Source: Nitrospirota bacterium (GTDB lineage Bacteria > Nitrospirota > Thermodesulfovibrionia > Thermodesulfovibrionales > Dissulfurispiraceae). Taken from it: a stretch of 64,000 nucleotides of DNA. The notes under the pieces are model-generated. The model saw only the letters and a list, made by a program, of their open reading frames with translations, did no database searches and was not told where the DNA came from. The stretch is from positions 288,001-352,000 of the forward strand of contig CAVPZX010000002.1 in the NCBI GenBank assembly GCA_963710375.1, written 5' to 3'. Positions 19,096-28,064 of the stretch are shown one piece after another; position 1 is the stretch's first letter; every line of letters begins with the position of its first letter. Made by a program: the position numbers and the translations under genes.

Positions 19096-19509
19096 ATGAA
19101 GACATACCTGAGCGATCGAACAAAGAATGAGTCCCTGACATGGGAGGAACAAAGCGGACTGCTTGCCTTCCTTTCAGGAGTCCAGGAAGAAGTGTCGAGG
19201 TTCGAGAGGACCTTCCGATTAGGAATCTCAAACCTTGTCGTGCCACCTCAGGAAATAGATGGCAGCACAAAACATATAACTTCAGTAGCGTTTGTTCTCA
19301 TCCGGAACAACGAACTCCTTTCCGGAAGGACCTATTGCCTTTACTCTCTGCTCTATGACAAGGAACTTTCCGGGCATGTCGGGCTCTATTACAACGGCAA
19401 GATAGAAACACTGAAAACCTTAAACCCCCTGAGGGACTTCAGCCGGGGAAGAGCAGCGCTCTATGACTGGCTGAGGGCACTATTGAAGGCATCTTGTGAC
19501 AAGCTTTAA
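19096..19509 (+). CDS. Hypothetical protein
   Basis: 137-aa ORF with AGGAG SD, overlapping the next gene. Confidence 0.65.
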   Translation: MKTYLSDRTKNESLTWEEQSGLLAFLSGVQEEVSRFERTFRLGISNLVVPPQEIDGSTKHITSVAFVLIRNNELLSGRTYCLYSLLYDKELSGHVGLYYNGKIETLKTLNPLRDFSRGRAALYDWLRALLKASCDKL

Positions 19510-20317
19510 CAACGGTCCGGGGGAAAACAATACGCCCCGCTCTGCGGGCATTCTCATCATCGGCAATGAAATCCTTTCAGGCAAGGTCATAGACAGTAAC
19601 TCATCCTTTCTCGCCTCGGAACTGAGAACCCTTGGGGTGAGCGTTATGCGCATCTCGGTCATCCCTGACGATGTGGATGTAATAGGGAACGAGGCTGTGG
19701 AGTTCTCAAGCGCTTATGACTTCGTATTTACCTCAGGGGGTGTGGGACCCACACACGACGATGTCACTATGGAGGGAATAGCGAAGGGCTTCCATGTGAA
19801 GGTCATCCCTCAACCGGAACTGGTAACCTACTTCCGCGCACATTACGGGAATGAGATAAACCCTGCTGTCATGAAAATGGCAGGACTCCCTGAAGGGGCT
19901 GAACTTATCCACGCGCCAGGAATGCGGTTTCCCCTCGTTTCCTTCAGAAACATCTTTATTTTTCCCGGCATCCCCCAGTATCTTACGAAAAAGTTTTGTG
20001 CAATAAAAGAGAGGTTCCGCTCCCCTGCTATCCATCTCAGACGTCTGTTCCTCAAGGCCAATGAATCTGATATCGCAGAGACCCTTGACTCGGTGGTGAG
20101 AAGGCACAGGGATATCTCCTTCGGATCTTATCCAATCCTCGACAACCCGGAATATTCTATCATAGTCACTGCGGAATCAAGGTACGAGGATGCATTGACC
20201 CATTCGGTCACAGGAGCTCATATCCAGGCTCCCCCGCGCTATCCTCGTGAGGACAGAATAATCCCCCCTATATCTTCCACTCGGGTCCGGTATACCCGCC
20301 ATCAGCTATTTTGCTGA
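19496..20317 (+). CDS. CinA-like molybdopterin-binding-domain protein (probable frameshift near the 3' end)
   Basis: IIGNEILSGKVIDSN, SGGVGPTHDDVT, FPGIP and GSYP motifs; an alternative frame gives a natural end at 20261. Confidence 0.85.
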   Translation: MTSFNNGPGENNTPRSAGILIIGNEILSGKVIDSNSSFLASELRTLGVSVMRISVIPDDVDVIGNEAVEFSSAYDFVFTSGGVGPTHDDVTMEGIAKGFHVKVIPQPELVTYFRAHYGNEINPAVMKMAGLPEGAELIHAPGMRFPLVSFRNIFIFPGIPQYLTKKFCAIKERFRSPAIHLRRLFLKANESDIAETLDSVVRRHRDISFGSYPILDNPEYSIIVTAESRYEDALTHSVTGAHIQAPPRYPREDRIIPPISSTRVRYTRHQLFC

Positions 20318-20380
20318 CTAAACTGCGGCTGTTATCGTATATTAATAATATAGAATGCACTGCGAAGGAGGAATAGTGTT

Positions 20381-20818
20381 ATGAAAGTTGTCAAAGATAT
20401 TTTAAAAAACCCAGGTCATAAAATTTGGTCGGTTTCTCCAGCGACGACGGCATATGAGGCTCTCGAAGTGATGGCTGACAAAAACATCGGAGCATTATTA
20501 GTCTTTGAAAATGAACACCTTGTCGGAATTTTTTCAGAACGCGATTATGCGAGAAAAGTGATACTGAAAGGAAAGGCTTCCAAGGACACACCTGTCAGTG
20601 AACTGATGACTAGACAGCTATTCTATGTTAAACCGGAAAATACCCTTACTGAATGTATGGCGCTGATGACATCGAAACATATCCGTCATTTGCCTGTCTT
20701 TGACAATAATCGAATTGCCGGAATCATAACGCTCGGTGACGTGGTCAAGGAAATTGTTTCCGAACAGGCGATCACGATTAAAAACCTTCAGGATTTTATG
20801 TCCTATGATGGATTTTAG
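20381..20818 (+). CDS. CBS-pair protein
   Basis: IGALLV, GIFSERDYARKV and RHLPV motifs. Confidence 0.93.
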   Translation: MKVVKDILKNPGHKIWSVSPATTAYEALEVMADKNIGALLVFENEHLVGIFSERDYARKVILKGKASKDTPVSELMTRQLFYVKPENTLTECMALMTSKHIRHLPVFDNNRIAGIITLGDVVKEIVSEQAITIKNLQDFMSYDGF

Positions 20819-20895
20819 TGGCCGCAAGCAACATGCCATAGCAATGAGCAAAGGCACACCGGACATTCTCCTGTGAGCCTCTGCTCACTTCATGT

Positions 20896-22410
20896 TTATT
20901 TTTCCCAAGGTTTCAAGGCCGCTGCCTGCCTTCCAGCAATCCTGCCAAATATCATACACTCAGCTATATTGCCTGCTCCCTGATAGATCAATCCCCACAT
21001 GGAGCCAAGCTCTCCCGAACTGTATAGTCGTGGGATAGCCTGCCCGAACGGATCGACAATCTGCGCATTCGTATTTCGCCTCGGTCCACCCTGTGTATTG
21101 AGTAAGCAGGGGTAAAGCTGAACTGCGTAGAAAGGCGCCTTGTCAATAGGCGCTGACCAGAGAGGGGTCTGCAAATCATTGTATGCCGGATTAGATTCTG
21201 GCAGGGAACGCATCTGGCGTCCATATACGGTATCACCCTTGCCTGACTTAATGTCTTCATTCCACTTTGACAAAGTTGCATCGAGGTTCGCAGGATCAAT
21301 GCCGATCTTTCCTGCGAGTTCAACAGGTGTCCCGGCCTTGACGATCCAGCCCTTGTCGATCTCAGCACTGTTGTCTTTACTCCACTTATAAAACTTCTGT
21401 GCTGTATACCCAACGCCGGCCCAAGCACTAACAGGACCTTTAAGGCGATTGGTCTCATCAAAGATCAGATAGCATGGGATCCTCGGATATTCAAGGGAAT
21501 GATCGTCAAAATAGTCCACTGCAAGGAGCCCTGCATGCAATTCTATTGATCTTTCATTGACAAAGCGTTTGCCGTGTTTGTCAACATATATGAAACCGGG
21601 AGTGCCTATTACCAGTGGGAATGCACCTTCATAATCAGGAACCTTTATGCCTAGCGGACATGAAGCCCCGTTCATGTGCCACAATCCGGCACCAACAGCC
21701 GAAGCCATACGGACGCCGTCGCCTGTGTTGCCCGGGTTGCCAACCGCATAAATCGGGTAGCCCTTAATGAAGTTCTGGATCGCTTTTTTGTCATATTCGT
21801 ACCCGCCGGTTGTCAGGATAACAGCTTTTCTGGCTAGGATATTAAATTCTTTTCCATTGGACTCTGCTACGACACCAATAATCTCCCAGTCGCAGTTCCT
21901 AACCAGTCTTTTTGCCGGTGTATTTAGCATAACTGGAATTTTCCTTTTTTGCTCCACTGCATACATGAAGATGTCCCAGAGGTTCTTGGCTCTGCCGGCA
22001 GGACCCTTACCAGTGCCCTTCGCACCGTATTTGACCATGGATTTTGCGCCAGGCACGTTCGGGTATCCGGCATGACCATATACCATTACTTCAGTGCCTT
22101 CCTTAAGGCCCTTAAGCCAGTCGATGTTCTTTATCGATTCTTCTGCATACACCCTGACCAGATCCTCGTCCATTTCGGACTTGGAAAGCTGAAAGAGCCC
22201 TTTAATATATGTGATAGCCTCGTTCACATCTGTGGGGCAGATAAACCCACCTGTGGAAACGCGCGTGTTTCCGCCGCTCTCCGGCATTTTCTCGATTATA
22301 AGCACACTCGCCTTGTTGTCATAGGCGGTTATGGCTGCTGAAGCGCCGGCAGCGCCATATCCAACACAGACAACGTCAACCTCTTTGTGCCATTTATTTG
22401 GTATTGTCAT
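20896..22410 (-). CDS. FAD-dependent oxidoreductase (flavocytochrome c / 3-ketosteroid dehydrogenase-like FAD_binding_2)
   Basis: DVVCVGYGAAG, GGNT..S.G, TTGGY, GNTGDG, TQGG and IPRLYSSGE motifs; ATG lies inside an IS end. Confidence 0.88.
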   Translation of the reverse strand: MTIPNKWHKEVDVVCVGYGAAGASAAITAYDNKASVLIIEKMPESGGNTRVSTGGFICPTDVNEAITYIKGLFQLSKSEMDEDLVRVYAEESIKNIDWLKGLKEGTEVMVYGHAGYPNVPGAKSMVKYGAKGTGKGPAGRAKNLWDIFMYAVEQKRKIPVMLNTPAKRLVRNCDWEIIGVVAESNGKEFNILARKAVILTTGGYEYDKKAIQNFIKGYPIYAVGNPGNTGDGVRMASAVGAGLWHMNGASCPLGIKVPDYEGAFPLVIGTPGFIYVDKHGKRFVNERSIELHAGLLAVDYFDDHSLEYPRIPCYLIFDETNRLKGPVSAWAGVGYTAQKFYKWSKDNSAEIDKGWIVKAGTPVELAGKIGIDPANLDATLSKWNEDIKSGKGDTVYGRQMRSLPESNPAYNDLQTPLWSAPIDKAPFYAVQLYPCLLNTQGGPRRNTNAQIVDPFGQAIPRLYSSGELGSMWGLIYQGAGNIAECMIFGRIAGRQAAALKPWEK

Positions 22411-22818
22411 TTTTCAGCTGCATTCTCCAGTTACTTTTTCAGGGTCATTCCCTACGTGTAGCATTCTATCCCAGTTTTTTTAGCATATCTGATGGAACAT
22501 AATCAACCTTATTTCCCTGAAAACCTCATATGCAATATCTTCAAGGTTTGAATCAGACTCCTTCGTGAATCCTTTCCCCTCGGCAATCGTGATATACTTG
22601 CGAACTGTCTTGCGATCCATTCGTGTTGCCCGCGCTATAGCGCTGATGTTATCTCCAGTTGCTTGTCTTCTCAAAACATCCACAATCTCAATCACGGTGT
22701 ACTCCTTGTCTGACATGCTACCTCCAGTATTTTTAGTTTGGGACGTAGTATGCCGGTTATCAAGATTGCTACACCTGGTTGCCACCTGTGGGGTGGGGAA
22801 TGCTCGTGAAAAATCACA
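22405..22818. mobile_element. IS21-derived internally deleted element (414 bp)
   Basis: Terminal IRs TGTCATTTTTCAGCTGCATTCTCCA / TGTGATTTTTCACGAGCATTCCCCA (20/25), TG...CA ends, subterminal repeat, truncated IstA inside. Confidence 0.8.
22480..22716 (-). pseudogene. istA: Truncated IS21 transposase IstA (N-terminal HTH only)
   Basis: EIVDVLRR...G..ISAIARAT.MDRKTVRKY; stops after 78 aa. Confidence 0.8.
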
Positions 22819-22891
22819 CGGCTTTCTATTATCACAAATCGGTTCCATTTTATGCTAGAATGTTTATAAATATCATGGAAGGTGATCGGAT

Positions 22892-23143
22892 ATGTCTCCA
22901 CAGGTAAAAATATATACTCTCAGCACTTGCAGCCACTGCAAAGCTGTAAAAAAGTTCTTGTCGGATTGTGCTGTAAAATATGAGTTTACAGATGTTGATT
23001 TGCTCTCCGGAGAAGAACGGCGCGCAATACTTGAGGATGTAAAAAAAATCAATCCCATATGTACTTTCCCCACCATAATAATAGGCGATAAAATTATCGT
23101 CGGATTCAGGGAAAATGAGATCCGGGAGGCACTAGGATTGTGA
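22892..23143 (+). CDS. Glutaredoxin-like (NrdH-type) protein
   Basis: YTLSTCSHC, TFPTIII and IVGF motifs. Confidence 0.9.
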   Translation: MSPQVKIYTLSTCSHCKAVKKFLSDCAVKYEFTDVDLLSGEERRAILEDVKKINPICTFPTIIIGDKIIVGFRENEIREALGL

Positions 23144-23478
23144 ACAGGATCGAACAACTGTATGAAATGCTGAAGAAGTCTCAGGAAGCCAAGGGTTATT
23201 ATTTCAACAATGATAAAAACCTGGTCAGTGATCTGCTAAAAGGACTCCTCACGAACAAGGAGCGATATGGATACATGTCATGCCCATGCAGGCTGGCTTC
23301 CAGCGATTATGAGAAGGACAGGGATATAATCTGTCCATGCTTATACCGTGAGCCTGATGTGAGGGAATTCGGCAGTTGTTACTGCGCTCTCTATGTTTCA
23401 AAGGACTGGTCCGAGGGGAAAATCGAACACGTTTATGTTCCGGAGAGGAGACCTCTGGAAAAAATACCTCGCCTTTAG
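23140..23478 (+). CDS. Ferredoxin:thioredoxin reductase catalytic subunit
   Basis: CPCR, ICPC and CYCALY motifs; overlaps the glutaredoxin gene. Confidence 0.92.
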   Translation: MNRIEQLYEMLKKSQEAKGYYFNNDKNLVSDLLKGLLTNKERYGYMSCPCRLASSDYEKDRDIICPCLYREPDVREFGSCYCALYVSKDWSEGKIEHVYVPERRPLEKIPRL

Positions 23479-23527
23479 GAAAACACCGCTCTTTTCCACT
23501 TCCCCGGTGCCATCAGGCTTAGAGTCA

Positions 23528-23557
23528 GCGAATAAATGACTTGTGCATTCAGCCGCT
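23528..23557 (+). repeat. Truncated end of the 25124-25304 MITE
   Basis: GCGAATAAATGACTTGTGCATTCAGCCGCT matches the MITE left end at 28/30. Confidence 0.75.
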
Positions 23558-23565
23558 AAGGATCG

Positions 23566-23667
23566 TCAGTGAGAAGCTTTCTCTTTTTTCAATTGTCTCT
23601 TCTCTTTAAGTGTGTGCTGTGGTTTTTTCTTTTCAGTTGTTTTTTTCTTGTCTTTTTCTTTACCCAT
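23566..23667 (-). CDS. Small lysine-rich protein (33 aa), not in the ORF track
   Basis: AAGGAGG SD, then MGKKKTRKKTTEKKKPQHTLKEKRQLKKEKASH*. Confidence 0.7.
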   Translation of the reverse strand: MGKEKDKKKTTEKKKPQHTLKEKRQLKKEKASH

Positions 23668-23701
23668 TGTATGCCTCCTTTATTTATATTAATAGTATCG
23701 T

Positions 23702-24685
23702 TTATTCCGCTAAGTTTTTCAACAGGTAACCACTCTGCAGTTCATCTATCAATCCCAACATCTCATCCCCGGTCCCTGCGCGAAACGCCCTCCCTTTCAG
23801 TCCTTTAGCCACCATTCCCCTGGCATACCATCCAAAAAATTTTCTGAACTGTATGACGCCGCTCTTCTCTCCGTAGTATGCTATATTCAGATTAAGATGT
23901 TCTTTCATAGTTCGTGTTATCTCATAAACATCGGGACCGAAAGGTTCTGTTCCTCCCTTCAGATACTCACGAGTATCACGGAATATCCATGGATTGCCGA
24001 GAGCGCCCCTTGCTATAGCCGCACCGCTGCACCCTGAATCATCCAGCAGTTTCTTGACAAGATATGGAGTCAGAGCATCACCGCTAGCAATCACGGGTAT
24101 TTTCAGGGACTCTTTCACTTGCTTAATTATATGGTAAGCAACTCTTCCGCTGTATCCCTGCGACCTTGTCCTGCCATGAATAAAAAGCCCGCTGACCCCG
24201 GCATCCTGTGCGCGGAGGGCCATCTCTACTGCGTTAATGGAGGTTTCATCCCAGCCTGAGCGTATTTTGACGGTGACAGGTACCCCGGCATTTTCTACTA
24301 TTACCTTCAGGAGTTTTTGGAACTTCACAGGCTCCCTGAGCAGCCAAGCCCCTTTTCCCTTTGATACCACCTTGCTTGCCGGACACGCAGCGTTAAAATC
24401 CAATATATCGAAAGAATATTCAGACGCAATTTCGAGCGCCCTTTTGATGATATCAGGGTCGCCTCCCAGAATCTGAACGCCCAAAGGCCTGTCATCCATG
24501 CCTGAAGAAAGCATCCTCAATGTACGCTTGCTTTTGTAGACCAGAGAGCTGGAACTTATCATTTCAGTGAATGCGAGCCCGCATCCGAAGGACCTGTTTA
24601 TCATGCGGAAGGGCAGGTCGCTTATGCCGGACATAGGGGCAAGCACAAGCGGAGAAGCTATAGTTACGTTTCCGATTGAGACCAT
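23702..24685 (-). CDS. dusB: tRNA-dihydrouridine synthase B
   Basis: LAPMSGISD.PFR, FNAACP, VTVKIRSGW, HGRT and ARGALGNPWIF motifs. Confidence 0.9.
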   Translation of the reverse strand: MVSIGNVTIASPLVLAPMSGISDLPFRMINRSFGCGLAFTEMISSSSLVYKSKRTLRMLSSGMDDRPLGVQILGGDPDIIKRALEIASEYSFDILDFNAACPASKVVSKGKGAWLLREPVKFQKLLKVIVENAGVPVTVKIRSGWDETSINAVEMALRAQDAGVSGLFIHGRTRSQGYSGRVAYHIIKQVKESLKIPVIASGDALTPYLVKKLLDDSGCSGAAIARGALGNPWIFRDTREYLKGGTEPFGPDVYEITRTMKEHLNLNIAYYGEKSGVIQFRKFFGWYARGMVAKGLKGRAFRAGTGDEMLGLIDELQSGYLLKNLAE

Positions 24686-24860
24686 GACACTATAGTATAC
24701 ATCACTGCAGCCGGACTTGAGACTGCGCAGATTGAGGGGAAAACAACAATTGACGATGGAACAAAGGCAACAGTACTATCTGTCAGGAAGGATTATTAGC
24801 CAAGATTATTACACATATCTATAAAAAGTCGTTACATTCTGAGTTCAGGAAAAACTCTCT

Positions 24861-25004
24861 CTAAATCACCTCTCCCTTTTCGTCCTTATTATCTGTTGTA
24901 TCATCCTTTTTGAAACGCCTCTGCCTTTTCTCTTCCTGTTTTTTCAGCTTCAATAATTCCTTTTTTCTTTTCTCGCTCTTATATGTCCCACCTTTTTTTG
25001 CCAA
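24861..25004 (-). CDS. Small basic protein (47 aa), not in the ORF track
   Basis: G-rich SD, then TTG: MAKKGGTYKSEKRKKELLKLKKQEEKRQRRFKKDDTTDNKDEKGEVI*. Confidence 0.6.
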   Translation of the reverse strand: MAKKGGTYKSEKRKKELLKLKKQEEKRQRRFKKDDTTDNKDEKGEVI

Positions 25005-25123
25005 CTCTCCCCCCCTTAACATTCCTATTAGCAAGCAGTTAGTATATCCCCTATTACTGCCGGCCGCTACATAAATTATAGCAGATGCTAAGGTGATTTA
25101 TCGCGGGGAATTATTCCGGGTTA

Positions 25124-25304
25124 GGGTGCGCGAATAAATAACTTGTGCATTCAGGCGCTCAGATTTGGGTCAGATTTGGCTGATTCGACTGAGCAAAACC
25201 GCAGGCGTAGCATAGCTACCGTTGAGGATTTTGAGACTGAGGATCGGGCAAAGATGGCCTAAATCCGAGATGCATCAATGTGCAAGTTATTTATTCGCGC
25301 ACCC
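25124..25304. mobile_element. MITE, 181 bp, with perfect terminal IRs and a TTA target duplication
   Basis: GGGTGCGCGAATAAATAACTTG ... CAAGTTATTTATTCGCGCACCC, flanked by TTA at 25121-23 and 25305-07. Confidence 0.88.
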
Positions 25305-25733
25305 TTAAGTCGCTACCTCCTCGCCTTTGACAAAGACAGGCAATTCTGCCGTACTTTTATTTAAGTGGGCATCCCCATTAAATATACCGCCTTCAGCAAC
25401 CGTTAGTCTTCGTGAGTAAATAGCTCCATCAAGTCTACCCGTGCCTTTTATTTCAACCAGCCCATCCGCGCTAATATTTCCCTCTACCGCACCCCCGATT
25501 ATTGCTGTCCTTGTGTGCATATCCCCTCTAACATAAGCCTTTTCCAGGATGACTATAAAATCTGCAGCCACATTTCCCCTATGTCTTCCCTCTATCTTCA
25601 CAGTTCCGGCTGCGCGTATGTTCCCTTTTGATTCCGAACCAGCCCCGATCAGCACTTCGAATCTGTCTGTCCTCCTTAACAAATCTTTGATGGCTTCTTT
25701 GACAAACGTCAGCAATCTCATCAGCGCGCCCAT
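25305..25733 (-). CDS. Bactofilin (polymer-forming cytoskeletal protein)
   Basis: LIG.GS..KGNI...GTVKIEG...GNV and L.VAEGGIFNG beta-helix repeats. Confidence 0.88.
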   Translation of the reverse strand: MGALMRLLTFVKEAIKDLLRRTDRFEVLIGAGSESKGNIRAAGTVKIEGRHRGNVAADFIVILEKAYVRGDMHTRTAIIGGAVEGNISADGLVEIKGTGRLDGAIYSRRLTVAEGGIFNGDAHLNKSTAELPVFVKGEEVAT

Positions 25734-25955
25734 TATAATGTCATCTCCTCTATTATTCTCTGTAAGTATAAAGTATACATGACCATTGTTACAACAATGT
25801 TAACACTCTATTAAACTTTATCTTCTATTTCGGGACTATAAAGTAACGCTCGAATGCAACAGTATTTTTGAATTGAAGCACTTAGTTATGTGGGCATAAC
25901 GCCCCCCATTCTGGAAGGCTCATCGGAGAAAGGACAAAGAACCAGACAACAACTG

Positions 25956-26180
25956 TTAAACGGATTTATTTTCCGCCACAGTCTCCTCTGCTTTTTTATT
26001 TTCGGCTGTTTTAGTCTCGATCATCGGCTGCTTCTCGGCATCAGATAAAGCTTTTTTAAATTCTCTTATACTTTTTCCAAGACCCGCGCCGAGTTCTGGA
26101 AGCTTGCCTGGTCCAAAAACTACCAGTGCTATAACCAGGATGATCAGCATATGCATAGGTTGAAACAAACCTTCAAACAT
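25956..26180 (-). CDS. tatA: Twin-arginine translocase TatA/E subunit (copy 2)
   Basis: LVVFGPGKLPELGAGLGKSIREFKK. Confidence 0.95.
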   Translation of the reverse strand: MFEGLFQPMHMLIILVIALVVFGPGKLPELGAGLGKSIREFKKALSDAEKQPMIETKTAENKKAEETVAENKSV

Positions 26181-26314
26181 TGTAACTTGCCCCCCTTTCC
26201 GTCACTTGATCTACATAATATTTTATAACTCTATCATCACAATCGTCAAATGCTATTTAAATTTTATATGAACTATATAAGTTATTTTTATAGATATGGC
26301 TGTGCTGCCGCCCT

Positions 26315-27070
26315 TTATGATTGGACGCCTTCGGATACAGTATTTTCTGTTTGTCTCATGATCCATACAGTCCCAAATTCACCATCCTGATATGAGCGCG
26401 CAAGCCCAAGCCGTAAAATTTCGAGCAATGCCAGGAAGGTGACAATAAGCTCCACACGTGAGTTGTCTTCGCTGAAAAGGGCTTCGAAGCGTGTTGTATG
26501 CTCCGCCCCAATTTTTTCAAGAATAAATGCGATTTTATCCTTCACGGTCAATGTTTCCCGCGATATGCTCATGGCTTCAGGCGGGGCTTTTTTCAGAATT
26601 TTTTGGAGCGCACCCATGAGGTCAAATATATTTACTTCAAAAAGATACGGTCCAGTCTCTGCCGGCAGATCGTCAATCGTTAGAGGCTCACGTGAAAAGA
26701 CATTTGTCCAGATACTTTCCCTATCCCGCAGCGTAGCGGACGCCTCCTTAAACGCCTGGTACTCAAGCAGCTTCTGCACAAGGCCGGCCCTCGGATCTTC
26801 CTGATCTTCCGATTCGATGGTCTCATCGGGAGGCAGCAGCATCCTCGATTTTATATAGATGAGCGTAGCAGCCATGACAAGAAATTCCGAGGCAATCTCC
26901 AGATTCAGTTCTTTCATGACTTCAATATACTCAAGGTACTGCCCGGTTATCTGTGCAATAGGAATATCATAGATATCTATCTTGTTATGCTTGATCAGAT
27001 GGAGGAGAAGATCGAGAGGCCCCTCAAACAGGGGAAGCCTTATGCTGTAAGCATTAGTAGAATCGTCCAA
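26315..27070 (-). CDS. scpA: Segregation and condensation protein A
   Basis: FEGPLDLLLHLI, EFLVMAATL..IKSRMLLP and VTFLALLE motifs. Confidence 0.95.
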   Translation of the reverse strand: MDDSTNAYSIRLPLFEGPLDLLLHLIKHNKIDIYDIPIAQITGQYLEYIEVMKELNLEIASEFLVMAATLIYIKSRMLLPPDETIESEDQEDPRAGLVQKLLEYQAFKEASATLRDRESIWTNVFSREPLTIDDLPAETGPYLFEVNIFDLMGALQKILKKAPPEAMSISRETLTVKDKIAFILEKIGAEHTTRFEALFSEDNSRVELIVTFLALLEILRLGLARSYQDGEFGTVWIMRQTENTVSEGVQS

Positions 27071-27955
27071 TTATGGAATAACCTTGTTTAACGGGTACTC
27101 AACAATGCCCGAGGCGCCCGCACTCTTGAGTTTGGGGATTATGTCCCGCACCGTTTTTTCATCAGTGATCACATCAATAGCGTACCACCCCGTATCTGAA
27201 AGACATGAAACTGTCGGAGAGTGCATCGCGGAAAGCAGGCTCAACACTTTTTTAAATGTCTTTTCAGACACGTTCATTTTCAGCCCGACCTTTTCTTCGG
27301 CGGCAAGTGCTCCTTGCAAAAGCAAGGCGATGTTCTCCATCTTCCGCCGCTTCCACCTGTCCTGCCAGGCCCTTTTATTGGCTATAAATCTGGTAGTAGA
27401 TTCAATCATGGTCTCAATGATTCTCAGATTGTTCGCCTTTAATGAAGTGCCGGTCTCTGTAAGCTCTACGATGGCATCTGCAAGCTGCGGCGGCTTCACT
27501 TCGGTAGCACCCCATGAAAAGTCCACATCAGCCTTGATCCCTTTTGATTTCAAGTACCTCTTCGTAAAACCGACCAGTTCGGTAGCAACGCGCTTTCCAT
27601 CGAGGTCTTTTATGGTTTTTATCTTTGAATCCACAGGGACAGCGATTACCCAGCGCACCGGCCTGAACCCTTCTTTTGCGTATAGCAGTTCTGCGACCTC
27701 AACAACATCGGCATTCTGCTCAAGCACCCAATCGCGTCCTGTCAAACCGCAGTCCAGGTGGCCGTCCTCAACATAACGCGCCATTTCCTGGGCCCTGATG
27801 AGCATGGAAGTGATATCAGAGTCGTCGAAAACAGGATAATACGAACGAGCGGAAACGCTGATATGGTACCCCGCCTTTCTGAACAGCTTGAGCGTCGATT
27901 CCTGCAGACTCCCCTTGGGAAGCCCGAGTTTCAATAAATGCTTGTTGTTAATCAT
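27071..27955 (-). CDS. hisG: ATP phosphoribosyltransferase (long form)
   Basis: [34 protein letters not shown] and SPTV motifs. Confidence 0.95.
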   Translation of the reverse strand: MINNKHLLKLGLPKGSLQESTLKLFRKAGYHISVSARSYYPVFDDSDITSMLIRAQEMARYVEDGHLDCGLTGRDWVLEQNADVVEVAELLYAKEGFRPVRWVIAVPVDSKIKTIKDLDGKRVATELVGFTKRYLKSKGIKADVDFSWGATEVKPPQLADAIVELTETGTSLKANNLRIIETMIESTTRFIANKRAWQDRWKRRKMENIALLLQGALAAEEKVGLKMNVSEKTFKKVLSLLSAMHSPTVSCLSDTGWYAIDVITDEKTVRDIIPKLKSAGASGIVEYPLNKVIP

Positions 27956-28064
27956 AAGTTAATTATTTTAAAGCTTTAAACAAATTGTGTCAATCGACCG
28001 TAGCAATACATAGACGACTGCCCTGTGGTGAATGGCAAACCGGCGGTGCTATACTATTATAATT

